A stretch of 64,000 bases of DNA from Candidatus Bathyarchaeota archaeon (GCA_025058595.1 JANXEK010000005.1:4685-68684), one strand, 5' to 3'. Shown: positions 28,261 through 39,546, counted from the stretch's first letter. Notes: a model not told the origin generated them from the letters alone. Program-made: numbers and translations.

Positions 28261-28668
28261 GTGATTTTGGTATCGGGAGGAGTTAGTTACGGCGTGGATA
28301 TTTCTGCAAGTTTCCTAGATATGAGTAGTTGCAATCTCTCAGTTCTAAGCCGGGTTTCATAAATGTCGAAGCCTCAGTCTTTCCATATAGGTAAACGTTA
28401 AAATTAAAGCTTTCTAAGAACTTAGTAGGTATTCATTCTTAAACCGAAGCATGAAACTAGCTCTAGAGATATCTAATGATTATTAAATTCTTAGAGGATT
28501 TTAGGATCGAGGTAGCCAGTTTATATCATTATCGATTTATTTGAGAAATACTTTCATCGATGATACATGTATGTTGGATAGATAGCATCCTACAGCATGT
28601 TCGTCTAGATACCCCTCCGCCTAGAATCTAACGTTTAAATCTCTGTATGTCGTTATCCATTTAGCTCG

Positions 28669-30129
28669 ATGGCTATTAAGGTGTATAGTTCGCTTAGTAG
28701 GGTTAAGGAGGTTTTCGAGCCGATTCATGATGGATGGGTGGGTATCTACGTATGCGGGCCTACTGTCTACGATTGGACTCATCTTGGTCATGCTAGGACA
28801 TATATAGCTTTCGATGCTATAGTTAGATGGCTTGAGTATAGGGGTTATAGGGTCTTCTATGTTCAGAATATAACGGATGTAGGTCACTTAACTGAGGCTG
28901 GTGAGGATAAGGTTGTAGGTAGAGCTATCAGGGAGAAGGTGGAGCCTATGGCTTTAGTCGAATTCTATATGCGTGAATACTTCAGGGATATGGATGTGCT
29001 AGGTGTTAGGAGACCCGATGTATCTCCTAGAGCTACGGGTCATATCATAGATATGATAGAGGTTATTAAGCGGCTTATAGAGAAGGGTTATGCATACGAG
29101 GTTGATGGGAACGTATTCTTCGATGTATCTAGATTCCCAGATTACGGTAAGCTATCTAGGGTTAAACTTGAGGATATGATCGCAGGTGCTAGGATAGATG
29201 TGCATCCAGGTAAGAGGGATCCTAGAGACTTCGCTCTATGGAAGAAAGCTGGGGAGGATTACCCGTTGAAGTGGGTTAGCCCATGGGGTTATGGATTCCC
29301 TGGATGGCATATCGAATGTACTGTTATGGCTATGAGGTATCTCGGTGAACAGATAGATATACATGGTGGAGCGTTAGACCTTATATTCCCGCATCACGAG
29401 AACGAAATAGCTCAAGCAGAAGCGTTTACGGGTAGGAAGCCGTTCGTTAAGTATTGGATGCATACAGGACTCCTAACGGTTAACGGTGAGAAGATGGCTA
29501 AAAGCTTAGGAAACTACGTCAGGATTAGGGATGTTTTGGATAAGTTCAGTCCAGCCGCAGTCAGATTATTCATACTGTCGACGCATTATAGGAGTCAGCT
29601 GGATTACCGTGAGGAGAAGCTCGTCGAGGCTGAAGCTAATGTGAAGAGGCTTATGAATAGTTTAACTAGGTTAGAGGAAGCTAAGGTTGAGAGGGCTTCG
29701 GATAAACCTGCGTCATCTGAGGAGAGAAGGATACTGGAAGAGCTGTATAGGCTATCTTCCGTTTTCGATGAATCTATGGATGATGATTTCAATACAGCTG
29801 AAGCGGTAAGCTTCCTATTCGAAATATGTAGAGCTGTGAATAAGCTTGTAGATCTACCTAGCATCAACAGGGCTATTCTCAGCGAAGCCGAAACTATATT
29901 CAAAGGTAAACTTAGAGTACTAGGTTTGCCGGATACCCCTTCTAGAAGGGAGGTTTCGAGTAAGCTCGTAGAAGCTTTGATAGATATCATTATCGATGTT
30001 AGGAATGAGGCTAGGAAGAGGAAGGATTACGCTACAGCGGATGAGATACGACGAAGGTTAGCATCGATAGGTGTGAAGCTTGAAGATCTACCGGGTAAGA
30101 CTATATGGCGTATCGAGGAAGCCATCTAG
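28669..30129 (+). CDS. cysS: Cysteine--tRNA ligase
   Basis: YVCGPTVYD..HLGHAR, DFALWK, PGWHIEC, DIHGGALDLIFPHHENE, KMAKSLGN. Confidence 0.98.
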   Translation: MAIKVYSSLSRVKEVFEPIHDGWVGIYVCGPTVYDWTHLGHARTYIAFDAIVRWLEYRGYRVFYVQNITDVGHLTEAGEDKVVGRAIREKVEPMALVEFYMREYFRDMDVLGVRRPDVSPRATGHIIDMIEVIKRLIEKGYAYEVDGNVFFDVSRFPDYGKLSRVKLEDMIAGARIDVHPGKRDPRDFALWKKAGEDYPLKWVSPWGYGFPGWHIECTVMAMRYLGEQIDIHGGALDLIFPHHENEIAQAEAFTGRKPFVKYWMHTGLLTVNGEKMAKSLGNYVRIRDVLDKFSPAAVRLFILSTHYRSQLDYREEKLVEAEANVKRLMNSLTRLEEAKVERASDKPASSEERRILEELYRLSSVFDESMDDDFNTAEAVSFLFEICRAVNKLVDLPSINRAILSEAETIFKGKLRVLGLPDTPSRREVSSKLVEALIDIIIDVRNEARKRKDYATADEIRRRLASIGVKLEDLPGKTIWRIEEAI

Positions 30130-30211
30130 CGCCATCCATCTGTTTAAGCTCATTATCTCTATAACGTTATATCTGTGAAGCTGTGTTGATATAGCGTAGA
30201 GTGGAGGATGC

Positions 30212-31345
30212 ATGAATCTAAGGGTTGGCTTGAAGGAGATATTCATAGATGAAAGATCGTTAGAATCGCTTCTTTCGAACAAGTTTTCGAAGCCTGTAAA
30301 GCTCATCAGATACGAGAAGCTTGGTGAAGGATTCCACGCTGTAGCCTATAGGGTTAAGTTGGATGTAGATGGGATCGAGAAGAGTGTTGTCCTTAGAGTT
30401 ATGCGCGGAGATACCGGCTGGGGTCATGATTATGTATCCGATAGAGCTGCTTCGCTACTACTACAGCATAACCTGTATAGGAGTTCGCCGATACGTTCCC
30501 CTGTATCCTCCATAGATGTTTTATGCCTCTTATCGGATGGCAGGGTTGAATCTATAGGTGATGCTGTGGAGTTCATACATCTCATGGATGAAGTCACCGA
30601 GGAATACGGTAGACCATATGTATACGATCTATTCGAGATAGCTTCGAGAGGTACTCTAACCGATAGGGATATAGGTAGATGTAGGATGTTAGTATCGTAT
30701 CTATACATGCTCCATAGTGTGAAGATCTTTAATCGAAACCTATACCTTAGACATATAAGGGATCTGGTGGGTCATGGGGAGATGTTTATGGGGGTCGTAG
30801 ACTCATACCCAGATCTCTCAAGCTTAGGATGGATCGATGAGGATAGGGTTCTGAAACTCGAGAAGAAGATGGTTGAATGGAGGTATAAGCTTAGACGTTA
30901 TACTTATAGAGCGTCGAGGATCCATGGGGATTTCCATCCTTTTGGGAATATAAGGTTTAGAAGCGATGATCAGCCAGTTATCCTCGAATATTCTCGGGAA
31001 GAGTATGGCGAACCTGCCGACGACCTTTCAGCTCTAACGATAAACTATCTATTCATCTCTATCTGGAAGTGCGGATCTTATGCTCAGCCGTTCAGAACAC
31101 TGTTCGAAGAATTCTTCGAAACATATATGAGGGAGACCGGTGACACGGAGATCCTAAGGGTTATACAGCCGTTCTACTGCTTTAGAGGACTTGTAGTAAT
31201 ACATCCCTTATACTATCCTGAGATGGAGTATTGGAAAAGGCTATCCATACTCAGATTTATAGAAAACGTATCGTCTATCGAGGAATTCGATCCTAAGAAG
31301 GTTTCCGATTACCTTGGAGAGACAGAGGGATCCAGCTCGGTTTAA
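30212..31345 (+). CDS. Aminoglycoside-phosphotransferase-like (APH/kinase fold) protein
   Basis: LGEGFHA Gly loop, RIHGDFHP.GNI catalytic loop, GEPADD. Confidence 0.75.
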   Translation: MNLRVGLKEIFIDERSLESLLSNKFSKPVKLIRYEKLGEGFHAVAYRVKLDVDGIEKSVVLRVMRGDTGWGHDYVSDRAASLLLQHNLYRSSPIRSPVSSIDVLCLLSDGRVESIGDAVEFIHLMDEVTEEYGRPYVYDLFEIASRGTLTDRDIGRCRMLVSYLYMLHSVKIFNRNLYLRHIRDLVGHGEMFMGVVDSYPDLSSLGWIDEDRVLKLEKKMVEWRYKLRRYTYRASRIHGDFHPFGNIRFRSDDQPVILEYSREEYGEPADDLSALTINYLFISIWKCGSYAQPFRTLFEEFFETYMRETGDTEILRVIQPFYCFRGLVVIHPLYYPEMEYWKRLSILRFIENVSSIEEFDPKKVSDYLGETEGSSSV

Positions 31346-31757
31346 CACCACATCCGTGTACGGTTAGGATAGCTATATCTCGATAGCTATCGCCATGCCC
31401 TAAGATCCTCTGATCCTCATAACGATGCTATAACCCCTATTCATGTTAGATGCAGGGGAGATGGCTCCATAGTCATTTCATAGTTAAGATACGGTGGCTC
31501 ATGTAGTTTCTTCAACATCCTTGTTATAAGATGATCTAATTGTCCATCCAACTCATGATTCAATGATTCCTTCGAAACATCTACAACCTCGTCTACTATC
31601 CTATCCAGCGGAAGCCTCCTATCAGGTCTTATAAACAGTGTACATCGCCATACATAGCTATAGTCTACATCTCTTGTATGGTCCGATTAGTCTCCGCTTT
31701 AAGCGACACGGTAGGTTTAAGATACTTGGTAATCTCTATAAATTAAAGTGGTAAGCC

Positions 31758-32282
31758 TTGAAGGAGGGGTGGGCTATATGGATTACAGGCCTCCCGTCAA
31801 GCGGTAAATCTACGATAGCCAGAATGTTATATGAGAAGCTAGATTCGCTCGGTATTCGCATCCAGATACTCGAATCAGACGAGCTTAGAAAGATCTTAAC
31901 CCCTAACCCTACGTATACGGAGGAGGAGAGGGATAACTTCTATAGAGCTATAACCTATATAGGATGGCTCTTAGTTAGGAACGGTGTTAACGTTATCTTC
32001 GATGCTACCGCTAGTAAGAGGAAGTATAGGGATGAAGCTAGAAGGATGATAAATAGGTTCATGGAGGTATACCTGTACTGCCCTCTAGAAGTATGTATGG
32101 CTAGGGATAGGAAGGGGTTGTATAGGAGGGCTTTAGAAGGCGTTATAAAAACCCTACCCGGATTACAGGTATCCTATGAGGAACCGTTAAACCCGGATCT
32201 GAAGCTCGATACCTCTGCAAGCGATCCTATATCGTGTGTAGAAGCTATAATCGAAGCTATGCGTAACAGAGGTTTCATATAG
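31758..32282 (+). CDS. cysC: Adenylyl-sulfate kinase family protein
   Basis: WITGLPSSGKST, EVYLYCPLEVCMARD.KGLY, YEEPLNPDL. Confidence 0.8.
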   Translation: MKEGWAIWITGLPSSGKSTIARMLYEKLDSLGIRIQILESDELRKILTPNPTYTEEERDNFYRAITYIGWLLVRNGVNVIFDATASKRKYRDEARRMINRFMEVYLYCPLEVCMARDRKGLYRRALEGVIKTLPGLQVSYEEPLNPDLKLDTSASDPISCVEAIIEAMRNRGFI

Positions 32283-32284
32283 CG

Positions 32285-33121
32285 CTAGACGCTTAACCCA
32301 GCCCATCCGAGCATCCTCGCAGCGTCGATAAACCTACCAGCCCTACATAAAATCTCCCTAGATCCAACCCTCTCCACCCCGTACACGCCCTTCATCCTAT
32401 CGACATAGTTGGGATGCATATACTCTACTAAGACCTTTACAGGCTCGTTAAACTTGAAAGCGTTGTAGGCTTTCCTATTCCTCGCTAGATTCTCTACCGC
32501 CTCCTTCGCAGCTTCCCTTATAAGCTCGTAGGTCCTCCTCGATGGTAGACAGTATGCCGATGTACGAGCTAAGCTATGCTTAACCGTTACGACCTCTACA
32601 TCGCCTAGGAATCTCCTAGCTTCAGTTACGGCTTCGCTACAACCTGTTACGAGGATAACTGGTAAGCCTAGGGATCCAGCTACAGCTGAATCCACAGCTA
32701 TCTCTCCAACTTCAACCTCGTTTACGGTGACTCTGTATATAGATCTAGATGAGAATGTATGGGATAGAATGGCTTTAGGATTACCCGCCATGGCATGGTA
32801 GGCTATAAGGAATACGCAATCAAAATTTTCATCGAGGATCGACAATCTAAGTCTAGACTCGTGATCTGTACGTATATAGATAGCTTTAGGATGCATTAGA
32901 TCCGGTACTATATTCCACGCTCCTCCACCTCCATGTAGATCATCGACGTACACCTCATCTGCTCCACCTTGGATAGCACCTTCGACGGCTGCGTTCACAT
33001 CGCTTGTAAGTAGTCTGCGAGCCTCCTGATACTCTGCCCCGGTATATCCATCCCATCCGGCCTGCTCAGGTCTGACTATACAGGAAGCCCCCTCCATATC
33101 GGCCATAATATAGACTCTCAA
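32285..33121 (-). CDS. dppA: D-aminopeptidase DppA (M55)
   Basis: DMEG, DVNAAVEGA, D.HG, YHAMAG, LSHT, GEI motifs. Confidence 0.9.
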   Translation of the reverse strand: MRVYIMADMEGASCIVRPEQAGWDGYTGAEYQEARRLLTSDVNAAVEGAIQGGADEVYVDDLHGGGGAWNIVPDLMHPKAIYIRTDHESRLRLSILDENFDCVFLIAYHAMAGNPKAILSHTFSSRSIYRVTVNEVEVGEIAVDSAVAGSLGLPVILVTGCSEAVTEARRFLGDVEVVTVKHSLARTSAYCLPSRRTYELIREAAKEAVENLARNRKAYNAFKFNEPVKVLVEYMHPNYVDRMKGVYGVERVGSREILCRAGRFIDAARMLGWAGLSV

Positions 33122-33174
33122 TTATACCCCCGATAGAGTATTTAGGGGTCAGAATAGTCTAATTAAGCCTAACT

Positions 33175-34764
33175 CTATATTATAGATGTGATGTAGCCTA
33201 TACCTCTAGTCCTACCTTCACGGAATACGAAGTTATCTCCGATCCTTACGAATCTAGGTTTATACTTGAATCTAAGCTTAACATAAGCTGTATCTCCTGT
33301 TCTTAGAGGTTCTCTCTCCATATCTACGAATTCGACAGCTTCCCTTATCGTATGAAGATGTATAGTCGCGTTATACCCCTTCCTTATAGTCGTAGGATGA
33401 TGTAGAACCGTTATCCTAGACTCGAATATCCATACAGGCTTAAGGTTTACCCCCTCACCAGCTAGGATCATACCCTTCTCTACCTCGTCGTATTCGACAT
33501 TAGTTATAGCTAGACATACATCCTGCCCGGAGTATGCTTCGTCTACAGGTATCCGGCAGACATGTATAGATTTAACTCTGGCAAGCCTGAATGATCCGTC
33601 ACTGAATGGACCTAGCTGGAGTACATCGCCAACCTTAACCACACCCTGGATCGTAAGCCCGCTTACGACTAAACCTACACCTTTAACATCGAATTTATCG
33701 TCTATATACATTAGGAAAGGCATCTTCACATATTCATCCCATCTTAGACGTGGAGGTACTATATCGAGGAAGAATCTGATTAGATCTAACCCTTCACCCG
33801 TAGTATTGGAGATTTTGAATATAGGCGTCACTCTCTCGCTAGCTATAGTCCTAGCCGCTACTATAGCATCATCTCTATTCCTGATGATAAACGGTATACG
33901 GTTCACCCCAGGCATCTTAAGAAGTCTGCATATATCCGATATGGTCTCGTCGACCTTGAATCTATCTACAAGGTCTATCTTGGTAACGACGATTATCACC
34001 GGTAGCTTTAAAGCTATAGCTACCCCCAGATGCTCTCTAGCCATACCTACCATGCCGGCGTTAGCTGCTACCGTAAGGATAGCGTAATCAGGTTTACGTC
34101 CCAGAACACCTTTAAGGGTAGTTCTAAGATACCTTTCATGGCCAGCTAGATCTACGAAGCATAGTATCTTCGCACTTTTCAGGAAAACCTCCGCTTCATC
34201 TAAAGGTGAGAGAAGTTTATAGTTGACAGGTTCACCGTTATCGTCGAAGCCGAGTAGATGCGTAGATATCGATGACGTCCTCCCACTCTTAACTTCGTGG
34301 AGGAATCTGGCGACTCTCTTCATAGCTAAACCGTTGCCATCATCCAGCAGCCCTGTTGTTAATACGCCTATCAAGCTCGATTTACCTGAATCGACGTTTC
34401 CCAAAAGAGGTATAGTCACAAACACCGGGTACCTATCCTCCCTACTATACCTTACATGAACCTCGGCTACGAGACCTTTACGTCCACTCTCTATCCTTAG
34501 AATCTTCAGTTTAGCTCCTATGATGCCAGCTGCCTTCTCTAAGTTTGCTATACTCTCATCGAGCTGCTCCTTAGATAGACCGATAGGTTCACCATCATCG
34601 GTTACACCTATCTCGTAGAAAGCCTCCCCTCCCCCCTCCTCTAGCCTATACTTCATCTGCGAAGCTAGCCTTTCAAGCTCCCTCCTACCTACACCGGTAA
34701 CCCTAAGCTTATACTCTACGTTACCTTCATCACGCTCCGCCGGTAGGTTAATAGCTGTCATCAC
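33175..34764 (-). CDS. GTPBP1/2-like translational GTPase
   Basis: EGNVEYKL, GNVDSGKSS, HEVKSGRTSS, DLAGHERYLRTT, TKID, VLHHPTTI, FREGRTRGIG. Confidence 0.93.
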   Translation of the reverse strand: MMTAINLPAERDEGNVEYKLRVTGVGRRELERLASQMKYRLEEGGGEAFYEIGVTDDGEPIGLSKEQLDESIANLEKAAGIIGAKLKILRIESGRKGLVAEVHVRYSREDRYPVFVTIPLLGNVDSGKSSLIGVLTTGLLDDGNGLAMKRVARFLHEVKSGRTSSISTHLLGFDDNGEPVNYKLLSPLDEAEVFLKSAKILCFVDLAGHERYLRTTLKGVLGRKPDYAILTVAANAGMVGMAREHLGVAIALKLPVIIVVTKIDLVDRFKVDETISDICRLLKMPGVNRIPFIIRNRDDAIVAARTIASERVTPIFKISNTTGEGLDLIRFFLDIVPPRLRWDEYVKMPFLMYIDDKFDVKGVGLVVSGLTIQGVVKVGDVLQLGPFSDGSFRLARVKSIHVCRIPVDEAYSGQDVCLAITNVEYDEVEKGMILAGEGVNLKPVWIFESRITVLHHPTTIRKGYNATIHLHTIREAVEFVDMEREPLRTGDTAYVKLRFKYKPRFVRIGDNFVFREGRTRGIGYITSII

Positions 34765-34822
34765 CCTGACACTTCTACACTAGCCTAGAACAGTATGCTT
34801 CGGTTATAGTTAAACATTCATC

Positions 34823-35872
34823 TTAGACGTTAACACCCCATAGATGCGAATGGGCGTCTAACACCCTTAAAGCATTCCTATATGCTAACTTCTCCAGGGC
34901 AGACTCCGGTAACCCCCTCTCAACTAATTTACCCCAGAGATTCAATACCTTAGATATATCCTCTAAACCAGGTGGAGGTCTAGAATATATTAAACCGAAG
35001 TAGTCTGTACCTAGCGAAAGTATATCCCCACCGTAATGTTCGTAGGCATAGAGTATATGATCTACGAGATGATCGATCGATGGGTTATCGGCTATCGTAG
35101 AGGGGATGAATGTGAATCCAACCACACCCTTCTTCGATGCTAACAGCTCTAAGACGTTATCGGTTAAGTTTCTAGGGTGAGGTTTAACCTTAGCTATATT
35201 CGCATGGCTAACTATAACCGGTAGCTTCGATGCTTCGATAGCTTCTATGCATGTACGCTCGCTCGCATGAGCTAGATCGATTATAATCCCTAGACGGTTT
35301 GCCTCTTCGATAACCTCCTCGCCGAAACCTGTAAGCCCATAATCCCTTCTACTCATACATGAAGCTGCAACCCTGCAATCATAGTTCCATGTAAGCTGTA
35401 TACTCCTAACACCCAGTCTATAGAATAGCTCCAGATCATCTAAATCGTCTATGGCATCTGTTCCTTCAAGCGATACTAGAAAGCCTATAGCGTCAGAATT
35501 AAACAGATCATCTAGATCTCTCCGCGTACCGATAAGCTTTATCTGAGGGTAGCATCTAGCCATCCTGCCGTAGACTTTTATCTGCTCGATAACGTTCAGC
35601 TTAACATCTCTAACTGTATTCACACAGATGGACTCTACACCTCTATATCCACTCCAAACCTTGGAAGCCAGCTTAGGATTGAACGTAGGCATAAGCGGGA
35701 ATATGGATGAGAATACTAGTTTAACGTATCCCCTCATATATTTAGGTATATCTCCATCTCTACCCTCTATATCCATATCGAAGGGGAGAGGCTTGGATAC
35801 CCCGTTCCCTCCAGTTACGTAATGGTATGCTACATCCTCGTGTAGATCCACCACAGGTATGCGTTTAGCCAT
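34823..35872 (-). CDS. Membrane dipeptidase family (M19) amidohydrolase
   Basis: DLHED, SLEG, LTWN, IIDLAH, SHAN, RNL.D, LGTDY. Confidence 0.9.
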   Translation of the reverse strand: MAKRIPVVDLHEDVAYHYVTGGNGVSKPLPFDMDIEGRDGDIPKYMRGYVKLVFSSIFPLMPTFNPKLASKVWSGYRGVESICVNTVRDVKLNVIEQIKVYGRMARCYPQIKLIGTRRDLDDLFNSDAIGFLVSLEGTDAIDDLDDLELFYRLGVRSIQLTWNYDCRVAASCMSRRDYGLTGFGEEVIEEANRLGIIIDLAHASERTCIEAIEASKLPVIVSHANIAKVKPHPRNLTDNVLELLASKKGVVGFTFIPSTIADNPSIDHLVDHILYAYEHYGGDILSLGTDYFGLIYSRPPPGLEDISKVLNLWGKLVERGLPESALEKLAYRNALRVLDAHSHLWGVNV

Positions 35873-35942
35873 ATCGGTGATACGATCGGTATACTCCGGA
35901 TTTAAGCGTTAATATACTCTGGTATGTTATGTACAATTCGAG

Positions 35943-37172
35943 ATGATAGAGTTAGGCGTATCTAAGGTTAGGATAACTCCTCCCGTGGGAGTTCCTATGG
36001 ATGGTTATCTATCTAGAAGGATGCCGTCGATAGGTGTACACGACCATATATATGCGAGAAGCCTGGTTATAGGTGATGGTACAAACTTTCTAGCTCTATC
36101 CTCGCTAGAGCTACTCTACGTAACTAACGATATCGCGGCTTCTGTAGAGGATGTCGTAGAGAGCGAGCTTAGTATACCTAGAGATTCTATAATCGTAACA
36201 GCTGTTCACAACCATTCAGGTCCATCCGTTATAGGGTTCCACTCGGTAGAACAGTATAGATTTCTGGATGAATATCTTGAATACCTGCCTAGCGCTATAT
36301 CCTCATCTATAATCGAGGCGTACAATCGTAGACGTAAAGTAAGAGTAGGCTATGGTAGAGGTAGATTCGATAGGTGGATCGTTAATAGGAGGAAGCCTAA
36401 GCTAGGCCCGGTGGATGATGAGCTACTAGTCTTCAAAGCTGAAGATGATTCCGGTCGTACTGTTGCCTCGATAGTGAACTTCGCATGCCACGCCGTGGTT
36501 TTAGGCTCAAATAACCTATTGATAACAGGGGATTACCCTGGATACCTATCTAGAACCGTCGAATCTATGGAGGGTGGAATCTGCATATTCCTAAACGGCG
36601 CCTTCGGGGATATAAACCCGTATACGCCAGGTACGAATATCGGAAGAGTTTACGATAGAAGTATGGGTAGATTTGACGATGCTATACGTATGGGGAGAGC
36701 TTTAGGATGCGAAGCGGTGAAGGTTATGGAGCTACTAGATCTAGTGGATGAAGCTAGATTCTCCTCCGCTTCGACTACTGTTAAACTCAAGCTCAGACCT
36801 ATACCGACCGTAGATAGCTTTGGAAGCCTAGATAAGCTAACCTCTCGTATACGTCAGAGGATCGAGAAGCTATTCCCGCATGGAGAGGCTATAGTATCTA
36901 TCAGAGGATTCAGGATAGGTGATCTAGGGGTTGTAGCGCTACCTGGGGAGCTATTCGTAGAACTAGGTCTATCGATTAAGAGATCGTCACCCTTCAACTA
37001 TACTATGATAGCTGGATGCTCTATAAGCGAGCTTGGATATATACCTACAGATGAAGCTTACGATGATGGAGGCTACGAGGTTTCCATACCTGTATGCTTA
37101 GTGGATAGAGGTAGTGGTGGAAAGTTGGTGGAAGCATCGATCGATATCCTTAGGAAGCTATACTCATCCTAG
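35943..37172 (+). CDS. Neutral/alkaline ceramidase-like hydrolase
   Basis: ITPPVG.PM.GY, HD..YAR, HNHSGP, NFACHA, DYPG, GAFGDINP, PGELF, GYIPT..AY..GGYE. Confidence 0.82.
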   Translation: MIELGVSKVRITPPVGVPMDGYLSRRMPSIGVHDHIYARSLVIGDGTNFLALSSLELLYVTNDIAASVEDVVESELSIPRDSIIVTAVHNHSGPSVIGFHSVEQYRFLDEYLEYLPSAISSSIIEAYNRRRKVRVGYGRGRFDRWIVNRRKPKLGPVDDELLVFKAEDDSGRTVASIVNFACHAVVLGSNNLLITGDYPGYLSRTVESMEGGICIFLNGAFGDINPYTPGTNIGRVYDRSMGRFDDAIRMGRALGCEAVKVMELLDLVDEARFSSASTTVKLKLRPIPTVDSFGSLDKLTSRIRQRIEKLFPHGEAIVSIRGFRIGDLGVVALPGELFVELGLSIKRSSPFNYTMIAGCSISELGYIPTDEAYDDGGYEVSIPVCLVDRGSGGKLVEASIDILRKLYSS

Positions 37173-37987
37173 ATATCTTCGGCGAATATATCGCAGTGTA
37201 AGCTTCCGACTGGTAGAATCTTGAAGGGTTCAGCATACTCTACGCCTAACCTTTTACCCATAAACTTCATATACGCTTTAATCGTCTCAAGGAATCTATC
37301 TAGGTTCTCCCCTGGAAACTGGCTTCTATGAGCTGAGATCGCTTCGAGCTTAACATCCACATATCTAGATACATCTACGTACGTGTTCGGCTTCCTACTC
37401 CAGTAGAATGCTATAAACTTTACACGGTGAGGAGTTAAGCCACTCCTCAGATCCTGCGGGTTGATATGTACTAGTCCTGAGAACATCGACGCTTCCGCTG
37501 CGAGTATACCTGTCGCTATATGGTCTGGATGAACCTCGTACGTAAGCCATGGATCCACCGTGACTACGATATCCGGTTTAAACTCTCTTATAATAGTTAT
37601 AAGCTTCCCTCTAGCTTCCAAGCTAACACTAAGCTCGCTATCCCTATAGTTCATCCAGATAAGCCGATCTACACCGAGTATCTTCGCAGCCTCTTCCTGC
37701 TCCCTCTTTCTAACCTCAGCTAGCTTCTCAGGATAGAGCATAGGATCCGATGTACCCATACACCCATCCGTCATGGTTACATAAGCTACCTCAACCCCCC
37801 TCCCCCTCATCCATGCTACAGTACCCCCAACAGCTATCTCTGTATCATCAGGGTGTGGTTGTACGCATAGAACTCTCCTAGCTCCTTCGAATACATTCCC
37901 CATAGCTCTACGTCTAGCTTCGACGATAGCATCGTAAGCTTCATCCCACGATAATCGTTCTAAAGATTCGTAAGGTATAACGCTCAT
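37169..37987 (-). CDS. PIG-L/LmbE family deacetylase (diacetylchitobiose deacetylase-like)
   Basis: PHPDD, TDG, R..EQ..AA, HPDH, HRSQF. Confidence 0.9.
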   Translation of the reverse strand: MSVIPYESLERLSWDEAYDAIVEARRRAMGNVFEGARRVLCVQPHPDDTEIAVGGTVAWMRGRGVEVAYVTMTDGCMGTSDPMLYPEKLAEVRKREQEEAAKILGVDRLIWMNYRDSELSVSLEARGKLITIIREFKPDIVVTVDPWLTYEVHPDHIATGILAAEASMFSGLVHINPQDLRSGLTPHRVKFIAFYWSRKPNTYVDVSRYVDVKLEAISAHRSQFPGENLDRFLETIKAYMKFMGKRLGVEYAEPFKILPVGSLHCDIFAEDI

Positions 37988-38062
37988 GGGAGATCTAGAG
38001 AGTACCCAGCTGTACAGCTATAAATAGTTTGACCTAGCATAACCTTTAAAGATTCAAAGATT

Positions 38063-39310
38063 CTATGTAGAGCATCTCCCCGGTTCGGTAAGCTCATCTA
38101 AATTTTCCTTAACCTTCTCGATACCGGCTACTATATCGTCCATATCCTCCCTAGAGCCTAGTAGAACATATTGTGGTAACCATAAACCCTCTACGTAACA
38201 TGCCCTCTCCGCTGCGGGTAGATTTAAACTCGAGTAATCGATATGCCTACCATAGTATGGACATGAAAGCGGGCATCTCTCAAAATACTTTAGATAACCC
38301 TCCTTATACAACGGTTTAGAGTAGCCGATACTTACCGGTATCCCTTCAGCTTGTAGAGCTTTAGCGAATACGGTTTTAGGTAAGCCGTCGAAAGCCTCCG
38401 GGTTATACCTGAATATATATAGATGATACGCATTCCTCGTGATACGTTCATCCTTCCTTAAGGTTTTCAAACCGTCTATCCTGGATAGCTTAGAATCTAG
38501 ATAGTACGCATTATCCATACGTCTCCTGGTATGCTCATCAAGCCTCTCTAGCTGGACTAGAAGTATAGCCGCTTGGAACTCCGTCATACGACAATTCCAT
38601 CCAGGTAGATGATGTTCATACCATAAACCCTGCGGGAGCCTTCCACAGTTGTGTAGAGACCATGCTTTCATGTATAGGTCTTCATCATCGGTTACCACCA
38701 TGCCACCCTCACCGCTGGTTATATTCTTACTTGATTGGAAGCTGAACGCACCTATATCGCCTATAGCTCCAACTCTACGTCCCCTCCACTCTGAACTCCA
38801 TGCCTGACATGCATCCTCGACTACGTGTAGGTCGTACCTCCTAGCTATAGATATGATAGAATCCATGTCAGCCGGTCTACCACCTATATGAACCGGTAGT
38901 ATAGCTTTAGTCCTCTCAGATATTGCCGATTCGATGCTTCTAGGATCGAGAGTATATGTTTCCGGGTCTATATCGGCGAATATAGGTATAGCATTAACGT
39001 ATAGTATAGCCATAATCGTAGCCATAAAAGTGTATGGTGGAACTATAACCTCGTCACCGCATCCTATACCTAAAGCTCTAAGGGAAATCTCTAAAGCTGC
39101 AGTCCCGTTTGTTACAGCTACGCCATACTTCGCATGTTGATACGCCGCGAACTTCTCTTCGAATTCCCTCTTAAACCTACCACCTATCCCCCACAAACCA
39201 CTCTCTAGAACCTTTCTCAAAGCTTCAAGTTCTCTATCATCGAAGATAGGCCACCTCGGAAACGGCTTCTCTCTTACAGGCTTCCCCCCGTTTAAAGCAA
39301 GTTTAGCCAT
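38063..39310 (-). CDS. DegT/DnrJ/EryC1/StrS family PLP aminotransferase
   Basis: NGTAAL, PPYTFMAT, EDACQA, FSFQSSKNITSGEGG; start placed at MAKLALNGG. Confidence 0.92.
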   Translation of the reverse strand: MAKLALNGGKPVREKPFPRWPIFDDRELEALRKVLESGLWGIGGRFKREFEEKFAAYQHAKYGVAVTNGTAALEISLRALGIGCGDEVIVPPYTFMATIMAILYVNAIPIFADIDPETYTLDPRSIESAISERTKAILPVHIGGRPADMDSIISIARRYDLHVVEDACQAWSSEWRGRRVGAIGDIGAFSFQSSKNITSGEGGMVVTDDEDLYMKAWSLHNCGRLPQGLWYEHHLPGWNCRMTEFQAAILLVQLERLDEHTRRRMDNAYYLDSKLSRIDGLKTLRKDERITRNAYHLYIFRYNPEAFDGLPKTVFAKALQAEGIPVSIGYSKPLYKEGYLKYFERCPLSCPYYGRHIDYSSLNLPAAERACYVEGLWLPQYVLLGSREDMDDIVAGIEKVKENLDELTEPGRCST

Positions 39311-39546
39311 AACATACACCTAATACGTCATATCTAAGATATATACATCTCTAAACGTTAACCAGTATTTATCTTCTATGCATCCCTACCTTATCGATAT
39401 ATGCCTAAAGTATCGCTTACCGTATATCAAACTATACCATTCCCCCTATACTCCATACCTATTTCATCGGCATTAAAATATTAAAATATATATCTTCCCT
39501 TAACGCTGCTTTATAATCGAAGGAATACTATATTGTATAGTTCGAG

